DNA from: a virus
Taxonomy: Duplodnaviria > Caudoviricetes
Length of the DNA stretch: 44,880 bases
Strand: one strand, 5' to 3'
IMG/VR virus record: IMGVR_UViG_3300027644_000024
Location: 1 to 44,880 of that record
The position numbers and the translations under genes were made by a program. Positions 36,329-44,880 of the stretch are shown here, one piece after another. The notes beneath the pieces were generated by a model. That model did not search any database. It worked only from the letters and a program-made list of their open reading frames with translations, and was not told the DNA's origin. Within the stretch, counting starts at the first letter, position 1; each line of letters begins with the position of its first letter.

Positions 36329-36921
36329 TGCTCTCCCAGAATAATTTCTTTCAAAATTTTACGAAAATGAAATATATCAATATTTATGAATGATCTATAT
36401 TTTTTAATTCTACGACTGACTGTTTCCCACACAGGGTCATTTAATTTCTTATCAAACGTGTTCCCGAACAGGAATATTCTATCATATATCACTAGGGTTT
36501 CTAGGCTAATATTCCCGCTCAGGAAATTCCTTAAAACGACTGGATGCCCCCTTTTGCAAGTAAATACATCTTCAAATTTGTGTTCTCCAAAGAGATATTC
36601 AGATTCTTCTTTAAAAAGATATGATAGTGATTGAATTTTTTTCTGCCAGTTCTTATACCTCTCTTCACCTTCTTTGATTATATCACCAATCCAAAGAGTT
36701 TCTGGGTCAGAGCAGGATGCAAAGTTTGCTACAAAGAAATCTATAACTTCTTGATCTGTTTTTTGTCTTGATACTTTCTCAAACCACATTCTATCCTTTC
36801 GTTTGTAGAAAGATTGTACCGTTGCTCTTGATTTACCACAATACTTATGATAATCATAAGTGTCTTTCGTAAAGTGATTCTTCAGAGCAAGATATTGGCA
36901 ATAGGCATCAAAGGGCATCAT
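36325..36921 (-). CDS. gp59: Helicase loader gp59
   Basis: Y..YLALKNHFT...YDYHKY.GK......F.KRKDR..F; ISLETLVI. Confidence 0.9.
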   Translation of the reverse strand: MMPFDAYCQYLALKNHFTKDTYDYHKYCGKSRATVQSFYKRKDRMWFEKVSRQKTDQEVIDFFVANFASCSDPETLWIGDIIKEGEERYKNWQKKIQSLSYLFKEESEYLFGEHKFEDVFTCKRGHPVVLRNFLSGNISLETLVIYDRIFLFGNTFDKKLNDPVWETVSRRIKKYRSFINIDIFHFRKILKEIILGEQ

Positions 36922-36940
36922 TCAAAAATGTAATATAGGT

Positions 36941-36977
36941 AATTTTTTGCCGGGAATTTTTGACCCCTAAAATGGAA
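36941..36977. repeat. Dispersed intergenic motif, copy 2
   Basis: aattttttgccgggaatttttgacccctaaaatggaa, near-identical to 10201-10237. Confidence 0.85.
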
Positions 36978-37235
36978 TTAGAAGACTAATTTGGCACGGG
37001 AAGTCTTCTTAAGAAAATTAAGTTCCGTTGCTTCATATTTAATTTTTTCTTTTAATGGTTTTGAAATAAGTTTAGGAACTGATTCTAAATCAATGCTATT
37101 CTTTTCACAAAAATAAACGATAGCATCAATGTAATTCATTTCAACATTAATTTTTACAAGGGTTTCAATCTCCTTAGCAAACTTAATTGGACAAAGGAAT
37201 TTGCTTTCAAGTATCTTTTCTAGTTCATTCTCCAT
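36978..37235 (-). CDS. gp33: Late promoter transcription co-activator gp33
   Basis: F..EIE.......YIDAIV.FCE.N.I..E.V.KLISKPLKEK...EA..LNFL; start moved to MENEL (37235) to limit overlap. Confidence 0.88.
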   Translation of the reverse strand: MENELEKILESKFLCPIKFAKEIETLVKINVEMNYIDAIVYFCEKNSIDLESVPKLISKPLKEKIKYEATELNFLKKTSRAKLVF

Positions 37236-37908
37236 TCGTTGCCCCAGTATTGTGATGTACAAATTCTTTGATATAACGAACTAATAACTTAATATAATCC
37301 CCTTTGTTTCTTTTGTCAAATACCTTCACTTCTCCACCAGGTGTAACCATAATAGTAATTAATTTAACAGGAACAATCTCAGTTAATTCATAGTATGCAG
37401 CAGCATAGAATGTTTCCTGAACGAAGTAATTTTCAAGCCACTCTTCTGGTTTAATTTTTTCGGAAGTCTTAAAGTCTATAACAGCAAGTTCTCCATCATA
37501 CTCTCCAATACAATCAACTCGTCCAGCAAGTCCAAAATACTCGGAGTAGAGTGTGCGTTCAATCGCATGAATATTGCTTATCTTATCCAAATAAGGTTTC
37601 GCATGATAGAACATAAACTTTGATGTGGGTTTATAGTTCTCCCATACAAGTTCTTTATTTTCCAAATAGTCCTGACAGACTTGGTGGAAATCAGTTCCTC
37701 TTGCTGTTGCTTTTTTTGTAATCCGGTTTGCTTCTTCAAGACCTACACGTTTCCTCCACTTAACAAAAATCTCACGATTATAAAATGAGGTCACAGTAGT
37801 GATTGAAGGAACCCACTTACCACTTGGTAAGTTATACAAACGAATGCTCTCTGTAGTCTTACAATTTAACTCAAGGTCACCCAAGTAATTATGATGAATA
37901 AATGTCAT
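37225..37908 (-). CDS. PD-(D/E)xK family exonuclease
   Basis: PSITTV, RGT.FH, AGRVDCI...IDFKTS, Q...YA motifs. Confidence 0.85.
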   Translation of the reverse strand: MTFIHHNYLGDLELNCKTTESIRLYNLPSGKWVPSITTVTSFYNREIFVKWRKRVGLEEANRITKKATARGTDFHQVCQDYLENKELVWENYKPTSKFMFYHAKPYLDKISNIHAIERTLYSEYFGLAGRVDCIGEYDGELAVIDFKTSEKIKPEEWLENYFVQETFYAAAYYELTEIVPVKLITIMVTPGGEVKVFDKRNKGDYIKLLVRYIKEFVHHNTGATNGE

Positions 37909-38657
37909 ACACCGATTTTCATTTTTGCAGTAATATATTCTTTAACAAATCCAGATCTTACAATATCCTCTACATCAAATTCAATAATATCAATTGATGG
38001 CATTACTCTTAGTATTTTCATAAAGTCAATGATACCATTCTTTTCATTAGTTCTTATCAAGTCAGATTGTGTAGCATCACCACAGAACATAATTTTAGAA
38101 TCTTCACCAACACGAGTAATGATAGAATCAAGTTCGTGAAAGTTTAGGTTCTGAAACTCATCAACAATAATGATTGATTTATCTAATGTAGTTCCACGAA
38201 TAAATGAAGTACTCCAAAATTTAATAGTTTCTTGTGATTTTAAATTTCCATAAAGCATTTCGAAAGACGCTTCATCAGGCAACTCAAACATATACTTTAC
38301 CATATTCTTATAAGGAATTTGATAAATATCAGACTTATCTTCATGAGATCCTGGTAAAAACCCAATTTCTCTAGTGGCAACGAGTGAACGAACGATATAA
38401 ATTTTTTCATATGGTGTTTTCTCATCTAAAACATCTCTAAGAGAATTATAGAGGGTAATAAAGGTTTTACCTGTACCAGCACATCCATATGCAACAAGAT
38501 TTTGATTTTTCTTATAAGAATCAAAAAGTATTTCTTGATTCTTTGTAAGAGGTTCAATCACTCTCATTATATCTTGATTGATTGGTTTCTTGCGTTTAAT
38601 TTGTTTGGCAGTCATTCCAACCTCAATTGGTTGTTCGCCTCTTCTTCTTCGTGACAT
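37905..38657 (-). CDS. phoH: PhoH-like ATPase
   Basis: Walker A GCAGTGKT; REIGFLPG; FIRGTTL; IIVDEFQN; CGDATQSDL; DIVRSG. Confidence 0.95.
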   Translation of the reverse strand: MSRRRRGEQPIEVGMTAKQIKRKKPINQDIMRVIEPLTKNQEILFDSYKKNQNLVAYGCAGTGKTFITLYNSLRDVLDEKTPYEKIYIVRSLVATREIGFLPGSHEDKSDIYQIPYKNMVKYMFELPDEASFEMLYGNLKSQETIKFWSTSFIRGTTLDKSIIIVDEFQNLNFHELDSIITRVGEDSKIMFCGDATQSDLIRTNEKNGIIDFMKILRVMPSIDIIEFDVEDIVRSGFVKEYITAKMKIGV

Positions 38658-38663
38658 ATGAGT

Positions 38664-38912
38664 TTAAACCGATTTTACTTTTGATCCAGGAACTTTTGAT
38701 ACCTTGTGAAGTACATCATTCCACCCCGGATGAGATTTTTTAAGTTTATCATAAACCTCACCCAGTTCTCCAGATCCAGGGCAAGTTGATGGATCGGACC
38801 AATCACGATCCCATTCAGAGTTATCATCTTTCCATTGATCCCAATCATGAACACTCAGAACAACTTCCTTCTGTTCACCTGTAACTTTATTATAAACGGG
38901 ATAAGATGCCAA
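38664..38912 (-). CDS. Conserved cyanophage hypothetical protein
   Basis: M.SYPV.N..TGEQKE...PGWNDVL.KVSK.PGS; usual thyX-phoH spacer gene; late-promoter-like box at 38939-38945. Confidence 0.75.
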   Translation of the reverse strand: MASYPVYNKVTGEQKEVVLSVHDWDQWKDDNSEWDRDWSDPSTCPGSGELGEVYDKLKKSHPGWNDVLHKVSKVPGSKVKSV

Positions 38913-38941
38913 ATTTAATTCTCCATAGTATGTAAGAGTAT

Positions 38942-39643
38942 TTATTCTAAACTAATTGCACTCTGATACTCGCAAGGGTTACAATTATCACGAGTCCAGT
39001 TGAGAGCAAAAGAGATTGTTGGAAATTCACATGTAAAGATACAACGAATTGCTTCTGCGATTTCTTTGTGCTCTGCCTGGGTTCCGTGAGCACTGCGAAG
39101 ATCTATGTAATGTATCCAAGACCTTATACTCCCACTCATATACATTCGTGTCTGAGTTGATTGTGGGAGTATGAAACGAGCACTTTCTTTTGCAACACCA
39201 TTATCCAACATATGCTTATAGAGAGAAAGACCTTGCTCAAAATAAGTTTTAATTTTCTTTTGCATCAAATCAACAAACACAGGATCTAAATCATCAGTTG
39301 AGTTCTGACGATTTTTAGTATCTTGCCTTCGCAATTCTGGAACTGGAAGTTTTACTTGTAGTTCTGTGCTGTCGGCATATCTCTGTGAGAACTGCTGAAA
39401 AGTGAAACTACGATGACGAAGAATTTGTGTCGCAATCGCAAGTGAAGTATTGATTTCTATTGTTAGAAATGCATGTTCAAAAATACTCCAGTGTTGATTT
39501 TGAATACAATACTTTAGTAATCCAGCAGAAGAATTGTTGAATTGATTTTTTGGATTACTGACACGAGCACAATATGCAATGTGTCTTTCTGCATTTGGAG
39601 TTACAGAAACTAATTTAACAGATTCATTTTTAGTCGTCGTCAT
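38942..39643 (-). CDS. thyX: Flavin-dependent thymidylate synthase
   Basis: ARVSN, HWSIFEH, QILRHRSFTFQQFSQRY, ESARFILP, R....TQAEH; start at 39643 preferred over 39667. Confidence 0.95.
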   Translation of the reverse strand: MTTTKNESVKLVSVTPNAERHIAYCARVSNPKNQFNNSSAGLLKYCIQNQHWSIFEHAFLTIEINTSLAIATQILRHRSFTFQQFSQRYADSTELQVKLPVPELRRQDTKNRQNSTDDLDPVFVDLMQKKIKTYFEQGLSLYKHMLDNGVAKESARFILPQSTQTRMYMSGSIRSWIHYIDLRSAHGTQAEHKEIAEAIRCIFTCEFPTISFALNWTRDNCNPCEYQSAISLE

Positions 39644-39797
39644 CTTCGAATACCTCATCGTAATCATCTATATCTCCAATACGTGGAGCAACTGCTTCAT
39701 ATGCATAGGATTCTGGACTTGAATATACTTCTGTCTTTAAAGAATCGACCAGAAGTTCAAGATTTTTAATAATCATTTTAAGTTTATCTTGATTCAT
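39630..39797 (-). CDS. Small acidic hypothetical protein, 55 aa (below ORF-track cutoff)
   Basis: MNQDKLKMIIKNLELLVDSLKTEVYSSPESYAYEAVAPRIGDIDDYDEVFEDDDD*; sigma70 promoter upstream. Confidence 0.75.
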   Translation of the reverse strand: MNQDKLKMIIKNLELLVDSLKTEVYSSPESYAYEAVAPRIGDIDDYDEVFEDDDD

Positions 39798-39818
39798 AAG
39801 TTTAAATATCTCGTTATA

Positions 39819-39847
39819 ATTATAGACAAAAAAAGAGAAAACGTCAA
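39819..39847 (-). promoter_or_regulatory. Sigma70-type promoter overlapping a terminator
   Basis: TTGACG (39847-39842), 17 bp, TATAAT (39824-39819). Confidence 0.7.
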
Positions 39848-39858
39848 GTTTCTCTCTT
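39828..39858 (-). terminator. Rho-independent terminator-like hairpin
   Basis: Minus strand AGAGAGAAAC-TTGAC-GTTTTCTCT followed by a T-run. Confidence 0.55.
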
Positions 39859-39867
39859 TATAATTTT

Positions 39868-40572
39868 TTAGTATTTTTGTAAGCAATATATTCCATTTTT
39901 TTCTAAAATTGCCGAACAAGTATCGCACCAGTCTCCACAACACATATAGGTAAGTTCATCAAAATTACGAATGTTTCCTGAGTGAATATGTCCACACACT
40001 ACTCCAGAGTATTCTTGACTTTTTTGAGAGCAATAATATGCAATATCAGTTTCATATTGGTTAATATAATTTTTTCCACGAATACTATTCTTTAAAAAAT
40101 AAACCAAAGAGAATCTAAAAAATCTTTCTAACCAAAAACTCAAAGGACTAATGATTTCATATCCTTTATTAAACATCAATTGTTTCCATGAACCAGAAGA
40201 ATATTCTGAATACTTGTCTCCGTGAACACAAAGAAACTTATTTCCTTTAGCATCTATATGAACATATTGGTCTACAATACTAAAATTATGATGTGTAAAT
40301 CCAGAATAACGACGAAGTTGTGATTCGTGATTTCCAAGTATATAAACTATTTCTGTTCCTTTTTTCGCAAGATTAAAAATCTGATGAATACATTCAGTAT
40401 GTTCTCTTCTCCATCTCGTCCCGTAATGTTCCATACAGGCAATATCAAATATATCTCCAACCATTACAAGTTTTTTTGTATCAAGTTTTTTTAGAAACTT
40501 TAAAAACTTTTCAGTATCACATCTAGTCGTTCCTAAATGAACATCAGAAATGAAAACAGTATCGAAATTCAT
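39868..40572 (-). CDS. Calcineurin-like metallophosphoesterase, UDP-2,3-diacylglucosamine hydrolase (LpxH)-like
   Basis: ISDVHLG, VGDIFD, LGNHE, VHGD, CGHIH, CGDW motifs; ATGA overlap with speD stop supports start 40572. Confidence 0.8.
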   Translation of the reverse strand: MNFDTVFISDVHLGTTRCDTEKFLKFLKKLDTKKLVMVGDIFDIACMEHYGTRWRREHTECIHQIFNLAKKGTEIVYILGNHESQLRRYSGFTHHNFSIVDQYVHIDAKGNKFLCVHGDKYSEYSSGSWKQLMFNKGYEIISPLSFWLERFFRFSLVYFLKNSIRGKNYINQYETDIAYYCSQKSQEYSGVVCGHIHSGNIRNFDELTYMCCGDWCDTCSAILEKNGIYCLQKY

Positions 40573-40895
40573 CGTTCTATGTAAGAAAGAGTGTGGTTTG
40601 TTGAACACAAATGATCGATAATCATATCACAACCCAATTTTGGATTTGAATCACCGCAAGTATATAAATCTGCGGCTGCCTTACCTTCTTCGGGCCAGGT
40701 ATGAATGCTAATATGACTTTCTGCGAGTAAACAAATAACTGTAACTCCTTGCGGATCAAATTTCTTAAATATTGTTTGTATTACTGTTGCCCCAGATAAT
40801 ATTGCCGCACTTTCTAATAATTTTATTAAAAATTGTTCGTCATTCAAAAGAACAAAAGAGCAATCGTATAGATTTAGTAGATAGTGCTTTCCCAT
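40569..40895 (-). CDS. speD: S-adenosylmethionine decarboxylase proenzyme
   Basis: F.PQGVT...LLAESHISIHTWPE.G.AA.D.YTCG with ES self-cleavage site. Confidence 0.92.
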   Translation of the reverse strand: MGKHYLLNLYDCSFVLLNDEQFLIKLLESAAILSGATVIQTIFKKFDPQGVTVICLLAESHISIHTWPEEGKAAADLYTCGDSNPKLGCDMIIDHLCSTNHTLSYIER

Positions 40896-41086
40896 TAGAC
40901 TACTGGATCCTCCTGTGCTTCTTTGATTAGAGAAGTGATAATACTTTCAGTCCCGTCAATAGTTTTCACAGCAAAAAGAGCAGACTTTTTATATTTATTT
41001 AACTTTTTATATTTTTTGAGAATTATATCTATTTCATCAACATTTACATTGACCTTTACCTTTCCATCATTAAAACCTTCACTCAT
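40895..41086 (-). CDS. Hypothetical protein
   Basis: Start MSEGF at 41086 couples (ATGA) to the upstream stop; stop overlaps speD start. Confidence 0.65.
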   Translation of the reverse strand: MSEGFNDGKVKVNVNVDEIDIILKKYKKLNKYKKSALFAVKTIDGTESIITSLIKEAQEDPVV

Positions 41087-41442
41087 CTTTTTTTCTTTTT
41101 CTCTGGTTGTTTGTATCCCCATAACCTTGGACTGATTCTCCCATAACCAAAGTCAATTTTCTGAACTGCTCCTGGACCGTACGTATCATAATAAAAGTCA
41201 AACAAATCAGATCTTTTTCCAGATCTAGTCAAATCAATATGAGTTTCTCCCTCCACAACATACCAAATTAAGTATGCATCATTTGGAAGGGACGAGTCTT
41301 TAGATTGTTCAATGGTTGTTTTTTCAAGAAGAATTTCGCATCCATATTGATTGGAAGAAATAGATTTCTCTTCCTTTTCTTTCTCTCTTTTGTTTTCTTC
41401 CATTTTCTTTTTCTGCGGTTTCTCTGGTGCGACGGCGGTCAT
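41083..41442 (-). CDS. Conserved cyanophage hypothetical protein
   Basis: LPNDAYLI.Y...DL.R...DLFDFYYD.YG....I..GYGR..P.LWG; ATGA-coupled start at 41442. Confidence 0.7.
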   Translation of the reverse strand: MTAVAPEKPQKKKMEENKREKEKEEKSISSNQYGCEILLEKTTIEQSKDSSLPNDAYLIWYVVEGETHIDLTRSGKRSDLFDFYYDTYGPGAVQKIDFGYGRISPRLWGYKQPEKKKKR

Positions 41443-42014
41443 GAACGATTGCCCCACAGAATATCAGGAAAAGCTTCCTTTACATTTTCAAAAGTTACCT
41501 TGTATTTATCTGTAAGTTTCTTATCTTTTGTAAGAATTAATAGTTGTGCTTCTTTTGGATGAAGTCCTTGAAGGACATTAATAAACATCATCTCTCTGCG
41601 AATTGTTGAGAGTGTATCATTTCCACCCTTTACATAGTGATAAAGGTTTTTATACTCCCTGCGAAGAGATGTGCGTCCTCTACCTTGTAGATCTTGAACG
41701 GTTGCAGATTCTCCACCAGCAACTTCTTTTAAGAGATTATCTGAGAGGGTTCCAGAGTAAACATTTTGATCCTTTACATCTCCATAGGGAACTTCTCCTT
41801 GTGGAAGAAGTGAAATTACAGTTGGATCAAAGTTCCAAATCAAAACTGTTTTAAGTGAATCGTGTTCATAAGTTTTTAGAACTTCTACTGTTTTAGCATT
41901 ATTTCTTTGTTTTGAAGCAAGTTCTAAAATTTCAAACACAAAAGGATTTGTTGGAAGAATTTCAATTGATTTTTGAGTCGATGTCTTCATCTTCGTTGTT
42001 GTCGTTGTCGTCAT
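41439..42014 (-). CDS. Conserved T4-like phage protein (DUF6433-like)
   Basis: WNFD....S.LP.G..P...RREMMFI..L.GLHP.EA.L....KDK.L...Y; start MTTTTTTK preferred. Confidence 0.7.
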   Translation of the reverse strand: MTTTTTTKMKTSTQKSIEILPTNPFVFEILELASKQRNNAKTVEVLKTYEHDSLKTVLIWNFDPTVISLLPQGEVPYGDVKDQNVYSGTLSDNLLKEVAGGESATVQDLQGRGRTSLRREYKNLYHYVKGGNDTLSTIRREMMFINVLQGLHPKEAQLLILTKDKKLTDKYKVTFENVKEAFPDILWGNRS

Positions 42015-42213
42015 AGTTATAATCGTTTTCAAAGTGTACAGCTACTATTTCGTCGGGAATTATATTACCATTTTCATCAAAGAATTCTGGATGTAGATAA
42101 GGAGGTTTGGATTCTAATGTGTGTCTGTAAGTTAACCAACCAATTATACTTCCTACCATAAAAAATAGCAAGATGAACATTACGCTGAATGCTACTACGT
42201 ATGCTGGTTCCAT
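41962..42213 (-). CDS. Small single-TM membrane protein
   Basis: Hydrophobic N-terminal helix, HPEFFDENGN.IPDE motif, acidic tail. Confidence 0.7.
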   Translation of the reverse strand: MEPAYVVAFSVMFILLFFMVGSIIGWLTYRHTLESKPPYLHPEFFDENGNIIPDEIVAVHFENDYNYDDNDNNEDEDIDSKIN

Positions 42214-42437
42214 TTTTTTTCTCCAAGAAGTTGATTTTTTTTAATATCAAAATGAAATTCTATAAAAAAATGAAACTCTCGTCGAAAAAGAGAAATCATT
42301 TTACCAAATTTAATCAAAAAAGTTTTTGGTTTAGAATCTCTTCTCCTTTTATTCCTAAGTAGTAATTCAATACCCCGATTGATCTCGGGTTCAGAATTAT
42401 TTAGGGTTTTTCTTTCGTCTTCCTGGTCGTTTATCAT
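42195..42437 (-). CDS. Hypothetical protein
   Basis: INRGIELLLR...F...REFHF.IEF; start uncertain (42437 or 42455). Confidence 0.55.
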   Translation of the reverse strand: MINDQEDERKTLNNSEPEINRGIELLLRNKRRRDSKPKTFLIKFGKMISLFRREFHFFIEFHFDIKKNQLLGEKKWNQHT

Positions 42438-42503
42438 AACTATACTTCCGTGCATCCTCTGCTTGCTTTACATCATAATAAACTTGGTGAAAGTTTGATT
42501 CCA

Positions 42504-42743
42504 TTAGATTATGTTTTTTTCCTTTAGATACTGAACAGTGTCAGTACATCCACCAAGTTGTTGTTGATCATTTAGAACAACTTGAGGAAAAGTAGAACCT
42601 TGACCAAACTCGGCATAAAAATCTTGACGATTAAAATGTTCTCCAAGTGTGTAGATAACGTACTCTAGGTTTGATAATTCTAACACATGTTTTACTTTGG
42701 TGCAATAAGGACAACCATTCTTAGAGTAAACTGTAAATTTCAT
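42504..42743 (-). CDS. nrdC: Glutaredoxin
   Basis: CPYC active site, TFPQV cis-Pro motif, LGGCTD. Confidence 0.92.
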   Translation of the reverse strand: MKFTVYSKNGCPYCTKVKHVLELSNLEYVIYTLGEHFNRQDFYAEFGQGSTFPQVVLNDQQQLGGCTDTVQYLKEKNII

Positions 42744-42747
42744 AATG

Positions 42748-43119
42748 CTAACTTGCGTTGTTTCTTCGTGGTCTGTAAATGTATAAGTCTTGTGGTTTTT
42801 CTGGTTTCATCCACTCGTATAATTTATATAGTTTTTCTTCTGTAAAAAAGTCTTGTTGACCATACCATAGTTTCCAGTGCTCATGCCCTTTAGATTGATT
42901 ACAAGAGTGACAACAAGCAACTACATTTATTTTAACATCAAGTCCACCTTTACACTGTGGAAGAATATGATCCAGTGTGATATTTTCTTCTGACCCACAA
43001 TAAGCACACTTGTATTCCCAGTGGTCTTTTATATTTGCCCTCCACATTCGTTTCGCTTCTGATTTATTTGTTGCTTGAAGATTAAACAAATAGTCCTTGA
43101 AGGAGTGTGGAGGAACCAT
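42748..43119 (-). CDS. HNH endonuclease
   Basis: CAYCG...TLDHILPQCKGG...NVVACCHSCNQSKG. Confidence 0.9.
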   Translation of the reverse strand: MVPPHSFKDYLFNLQATNKSEAKRMWRANIKDHWEYKCAYCGSEENITLDHILPQCKGGLDVKINVVACCHSCNQSKGHEHWKLWYGQQDFFTEEKLYKLYEWMKPEKPQDLYIYRPRRNNAS

Positions 43120-43139
43120 AAGTGTTTGCGACTTATGAA

Positions 43140-43146
43140 TATTTAG
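43140..43146 (-). promoter_or_regulatory. Late promoter-like box CTAAATA
   Basis: tatttag 20 nt upstream of HNH start. Confidence 0.5.
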
Positions 43147-43175
43147 ATTAACCTTCCGTTTTCAATTTGAGTATT

Positions 43176-44237
43176 TTATAAGGCATTTCCGCGAGGCATC
43201 ACTTCTTCAGGGAAGTTGAAGTTTTCGTGAGGTTGGTCTGCTGTTGATAACCATGCTCTAAGACCTTCATTAAGGAGGATATTTTTTGTGTAGAACGTCT
43301 CAAATTCAGGATCCTCAGCAGCACGAATTTCTTGAGATACAAAGTCATAAGCCCTCAAATTAAGAGCAAGACCGATGATACCAATAGAAGACACCCAGAG
43401 ACCCATCACAGGCACAAACAACATAAAGAAGTGCAACCATCTCTTATTACTAAATGCAATACCAAAGATCTGAGACCAAAACCTATTGGCAGTAACCATT
43501 GAATATGTTTCTTCTTCTTGGGTTGGTTCAAATGCCTTAAAGGTGTTTGCACCATCTCCATCCTCAAACAAAGTATTCTCTACTGTGGCACCATGAATAG
43601 CACACAACAATGCTCCACCAAGAATACCAGCAACACCCATCATATGAAAAGGGTTGAGAGTCCAGTTATGAAAACCTTGAAGGAATAGAAGAAACCTAAA
43701 GATTGCTGCCACTCCAAAAGAAGGAGCAAAGAACCAACTGGATTGACCCAGTGGATAGATGAGAAATACTGAAACGAATACTGCGATAGGACCAGAGAAC
43801 GCAATAGCATTGTAAGGTCTGATGCCCACCAAACGACTGATTTCAAACTGACGTAGCATGAACCCTATCAGACTGAAGGCACCGTGGAGAGCAACAAAGG
43901 GCCAAAGTCCACCAAGTTGGAACCACCTGACAATATCCCCCTGAGCTTCAGGACCCCAGAGAAGCATAAGAGAATGACCCATAGAATCTGCTGGAGTAGA
44001 AACTGCCGAAGTAAGAAAGTTTGCACCCTCAAGATAGGAACTTGCCAACCCGTGAGTATACCAACTCGTAACGAAAGTTGTCCCAGTAAGCCAACCACCA
44101 ATAGCAAGGTAAGCACAGGGAAAAAGAAGTAATCCAGACCATCCAACAAATATGAAACGATCCCGTTTAAGCCAGTCGTCGAGTACATCGAACCATCCTC
44201 GTTGTTGATTTGGAAATGAAAGTGTTGATGATGCCAT
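43176..44237 (-). CDS. psbD: Photosystem II reaction centre D2 protein
   Basis: [16 protein letters not shown]...[16 protein letters not shown]...[15 protein letters not shown]...PRGNAL; uninterrupted 353 aa. Confidence 0.99.
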   Translation of the reverse strand: MASSTLSFPNQQRGWFDVLDDWLKRDRFIFVGWSGLLLFPCAYLAIGGWLTGTTFVTSWYTHGLASSYLEGANFLTSAVSTPADSMGHSLMLLWGPEAQGDIVRWFQLGGLWPFVALHGAFSLIGFMLRQFEISRLVGIRPYNAIAFSGPIAVFVSVFLIYPLGQSSWFFAPSFGVAAIFRFLLFLQGFHNWTLNPFHMMGVAGILGGALLCAIHGATVENTLFEDGDGANTFKAFEPTQEEETYSMVTANRFWSQIFGIAFSNKRWLHFFMLFVPVMGLWVSSIGIIGLALNLRAYDFVSQEIRAAEDPEFETFYTKNILLNEGLRAWLSTADQPHENFNFPEEVMPRGNAL

Positions 44238-44450
44238 TTACATAAATCCTTTTAATGTTTTTTGTTTTGTTTTTTTATCTAAGACTTCTGCATGACTTAG
44301 AAACATATTTGCAGTTTGAAACCAAGTTGCTTGAAATTCTTCGTGGGTATTAAATACCTTAAAGTGCCCATCAGTATAAACTATCTTATAGTCATGACGA
44401 TCATAAGGTTTATCACAAGTTTGTTCAAAAAATTCAGGTAGTCCAGTCAT
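44238..44450 (-). CDS. Conserved cyanophage hypothetical protein
   Basis: FEQT.DKPYDRH.YK...WFQ; abuts psbD start. Confidence 0.7.
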   Translation of the reverse strand: MTGLPEFFEQTCDKPYDRHDYKIVYTDGHFKVFNTHEEFQATWFQTANMFLSHAEVLDKKTKQKTLKGFM

Positions 44451-44764
44451 TTATCACCTAATACTGTTTGTGAATGATGTTGTTTGAGAGTTGAGTCTGC
44501 CGTAAATTCAATTACAGGATTTCTTGACTTGTTTTTGATAACGATGAAGGCATCTTTCTGATAGGTGGTGGTTCCAAATGGTTTAGACCACTTTGGATTC
44601 ACTCCTTCCTTTTGATGTATGGCACTTGTAAGAGCACCACCAACTTCAACTGCTATATTATCGTTCTCGTCCCATCCAAGTTCTTTGATTACATTTGCAA
44701 CTTGAGAATAAATCTCAGTTCTGTAGTCCATCACACGATCCTCTGGGGATAATTTACCTATCAT
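44447..44764 (-). CDS. Hypothetical protein
   Basis: 105-aa ORF whose stop overlaps the next start. Confidence 0.65.
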   Translation of the reverse strand: MIGKLSPEDRVMDYRTEIYSQVANVIKELGWDENDNIAVEVGGALTSAIHQKEGVNPKWSKPFGTTTYQKDAFIVIKNKSRNPVIEFTADSTLKQHHSQTVLGDK

Positions 44765-44784
44765 AAAACTTTACAATTCAGTGG

Positions 44785-44815
44785 AAAAAAATAGGGGGTC
44801 CTAAGACCCCTTTAT
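44785..44815 (-). terminator. Rho-independent terminator after psbA
   Basis: Minus strand GGGGTC-TTAG-GACCCC-cta followed by T7. Confidence 0.8.
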
Positions 44816-44832
44816 TATAACATGTTTTTAGA

Positions 44833-44880
44833 TCAACCGATTGCAGGTGCAGTAAGAGCAACAGGAGTTAACTCAGCAGC
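44833..44880 (-). CDS. psbA: Photosystem II D1 protein, 3' end only (partial)
   Basis: Translation AAELTPVALTAPAIG* matches the D1 C-terminal extension; terminator follows; psbD nearby. Confidence 0.9.
   Translation of the reverse strand, partial: AAELTPVALTAPAIG

Noticed and set aside
37225-37908. Cas4 as part of a CRISPR system
   Set aside because: Lacks the four-Cys Fe-S motif; it is the usual PD-(D/E)xK exonuclease beside phoH
42397-42504. 35-aa ORF (MESNFHQVYY...) coupled to the glutaredoxin stop, or a frameshift into 42195-42455
   Set aside because: Short, no canonical slippery heptamer, and the downstream ORF has its own ATG; cannot be supported without homologs
43176-44237. Group I intron in psbD
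   Set aside because: Reading frame is continuous and full length
1-44880. tRNA/rRNA genes, integrase or transposase
   Set aside because: Intergenic gaps are short and no cloverleaf or recombinase motifs were recognised by eye; a tRNAscan-SE/Infernal run would be needed to exclude small RNAs

Overview
AT-rich 44.9-kb segment of a T4-like cyanophage (cyanomyovirus), mostly on the minus strand. 1-9934 holds tail-fibre and virion proteins: a 5'-complete fibre gene missing from the ORF track, a Cys-rich small protein, an Ig/Gly-rich protein and a 1958-aa structural protein. 10-35 kb is the baseplate/tail-hub module: split gp5, a 2639-aa PA14-like protein, gp27-like, two tape-measure-like proteins (one with lysozyme and peptidase domains), gp51, gp26, a gp19/gp54-like gene, gp4, gp2-like, gp48 and gp53. 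35-44.9 kb holds replication, transcription and auxiliary metabolic genes (gp32, gp59, gp33, exonuclease, phoH, thyX, LpxH-like phosphoesterase, speD, glutaredoxin, HNH, psbD, 3' end of psbA). The most striking unexplained signal is a 203-aa mirror-symmetric insert in the 743-aa Ig/Gly-rich protein (1992-2600). It has an Arg-rich arm and an Asp/Glu/Tyr-rich arm with exactly mirrored repeat spacing and matching cysteines around a 4-Cys tip, predicting a long charge-zipped, disulfide-stapled beta-hairpin 'stalk-and-knob'. Other notable items are nested domain insertions and a circularly permuted Gly-rich domain in the 2639-aa protein, a 37-bp motif repeated 26.7 kb apart, and an opposite-strand islet of two small membrane-protein genes. 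All family assignments are from motif recognition by eye, not database searches.
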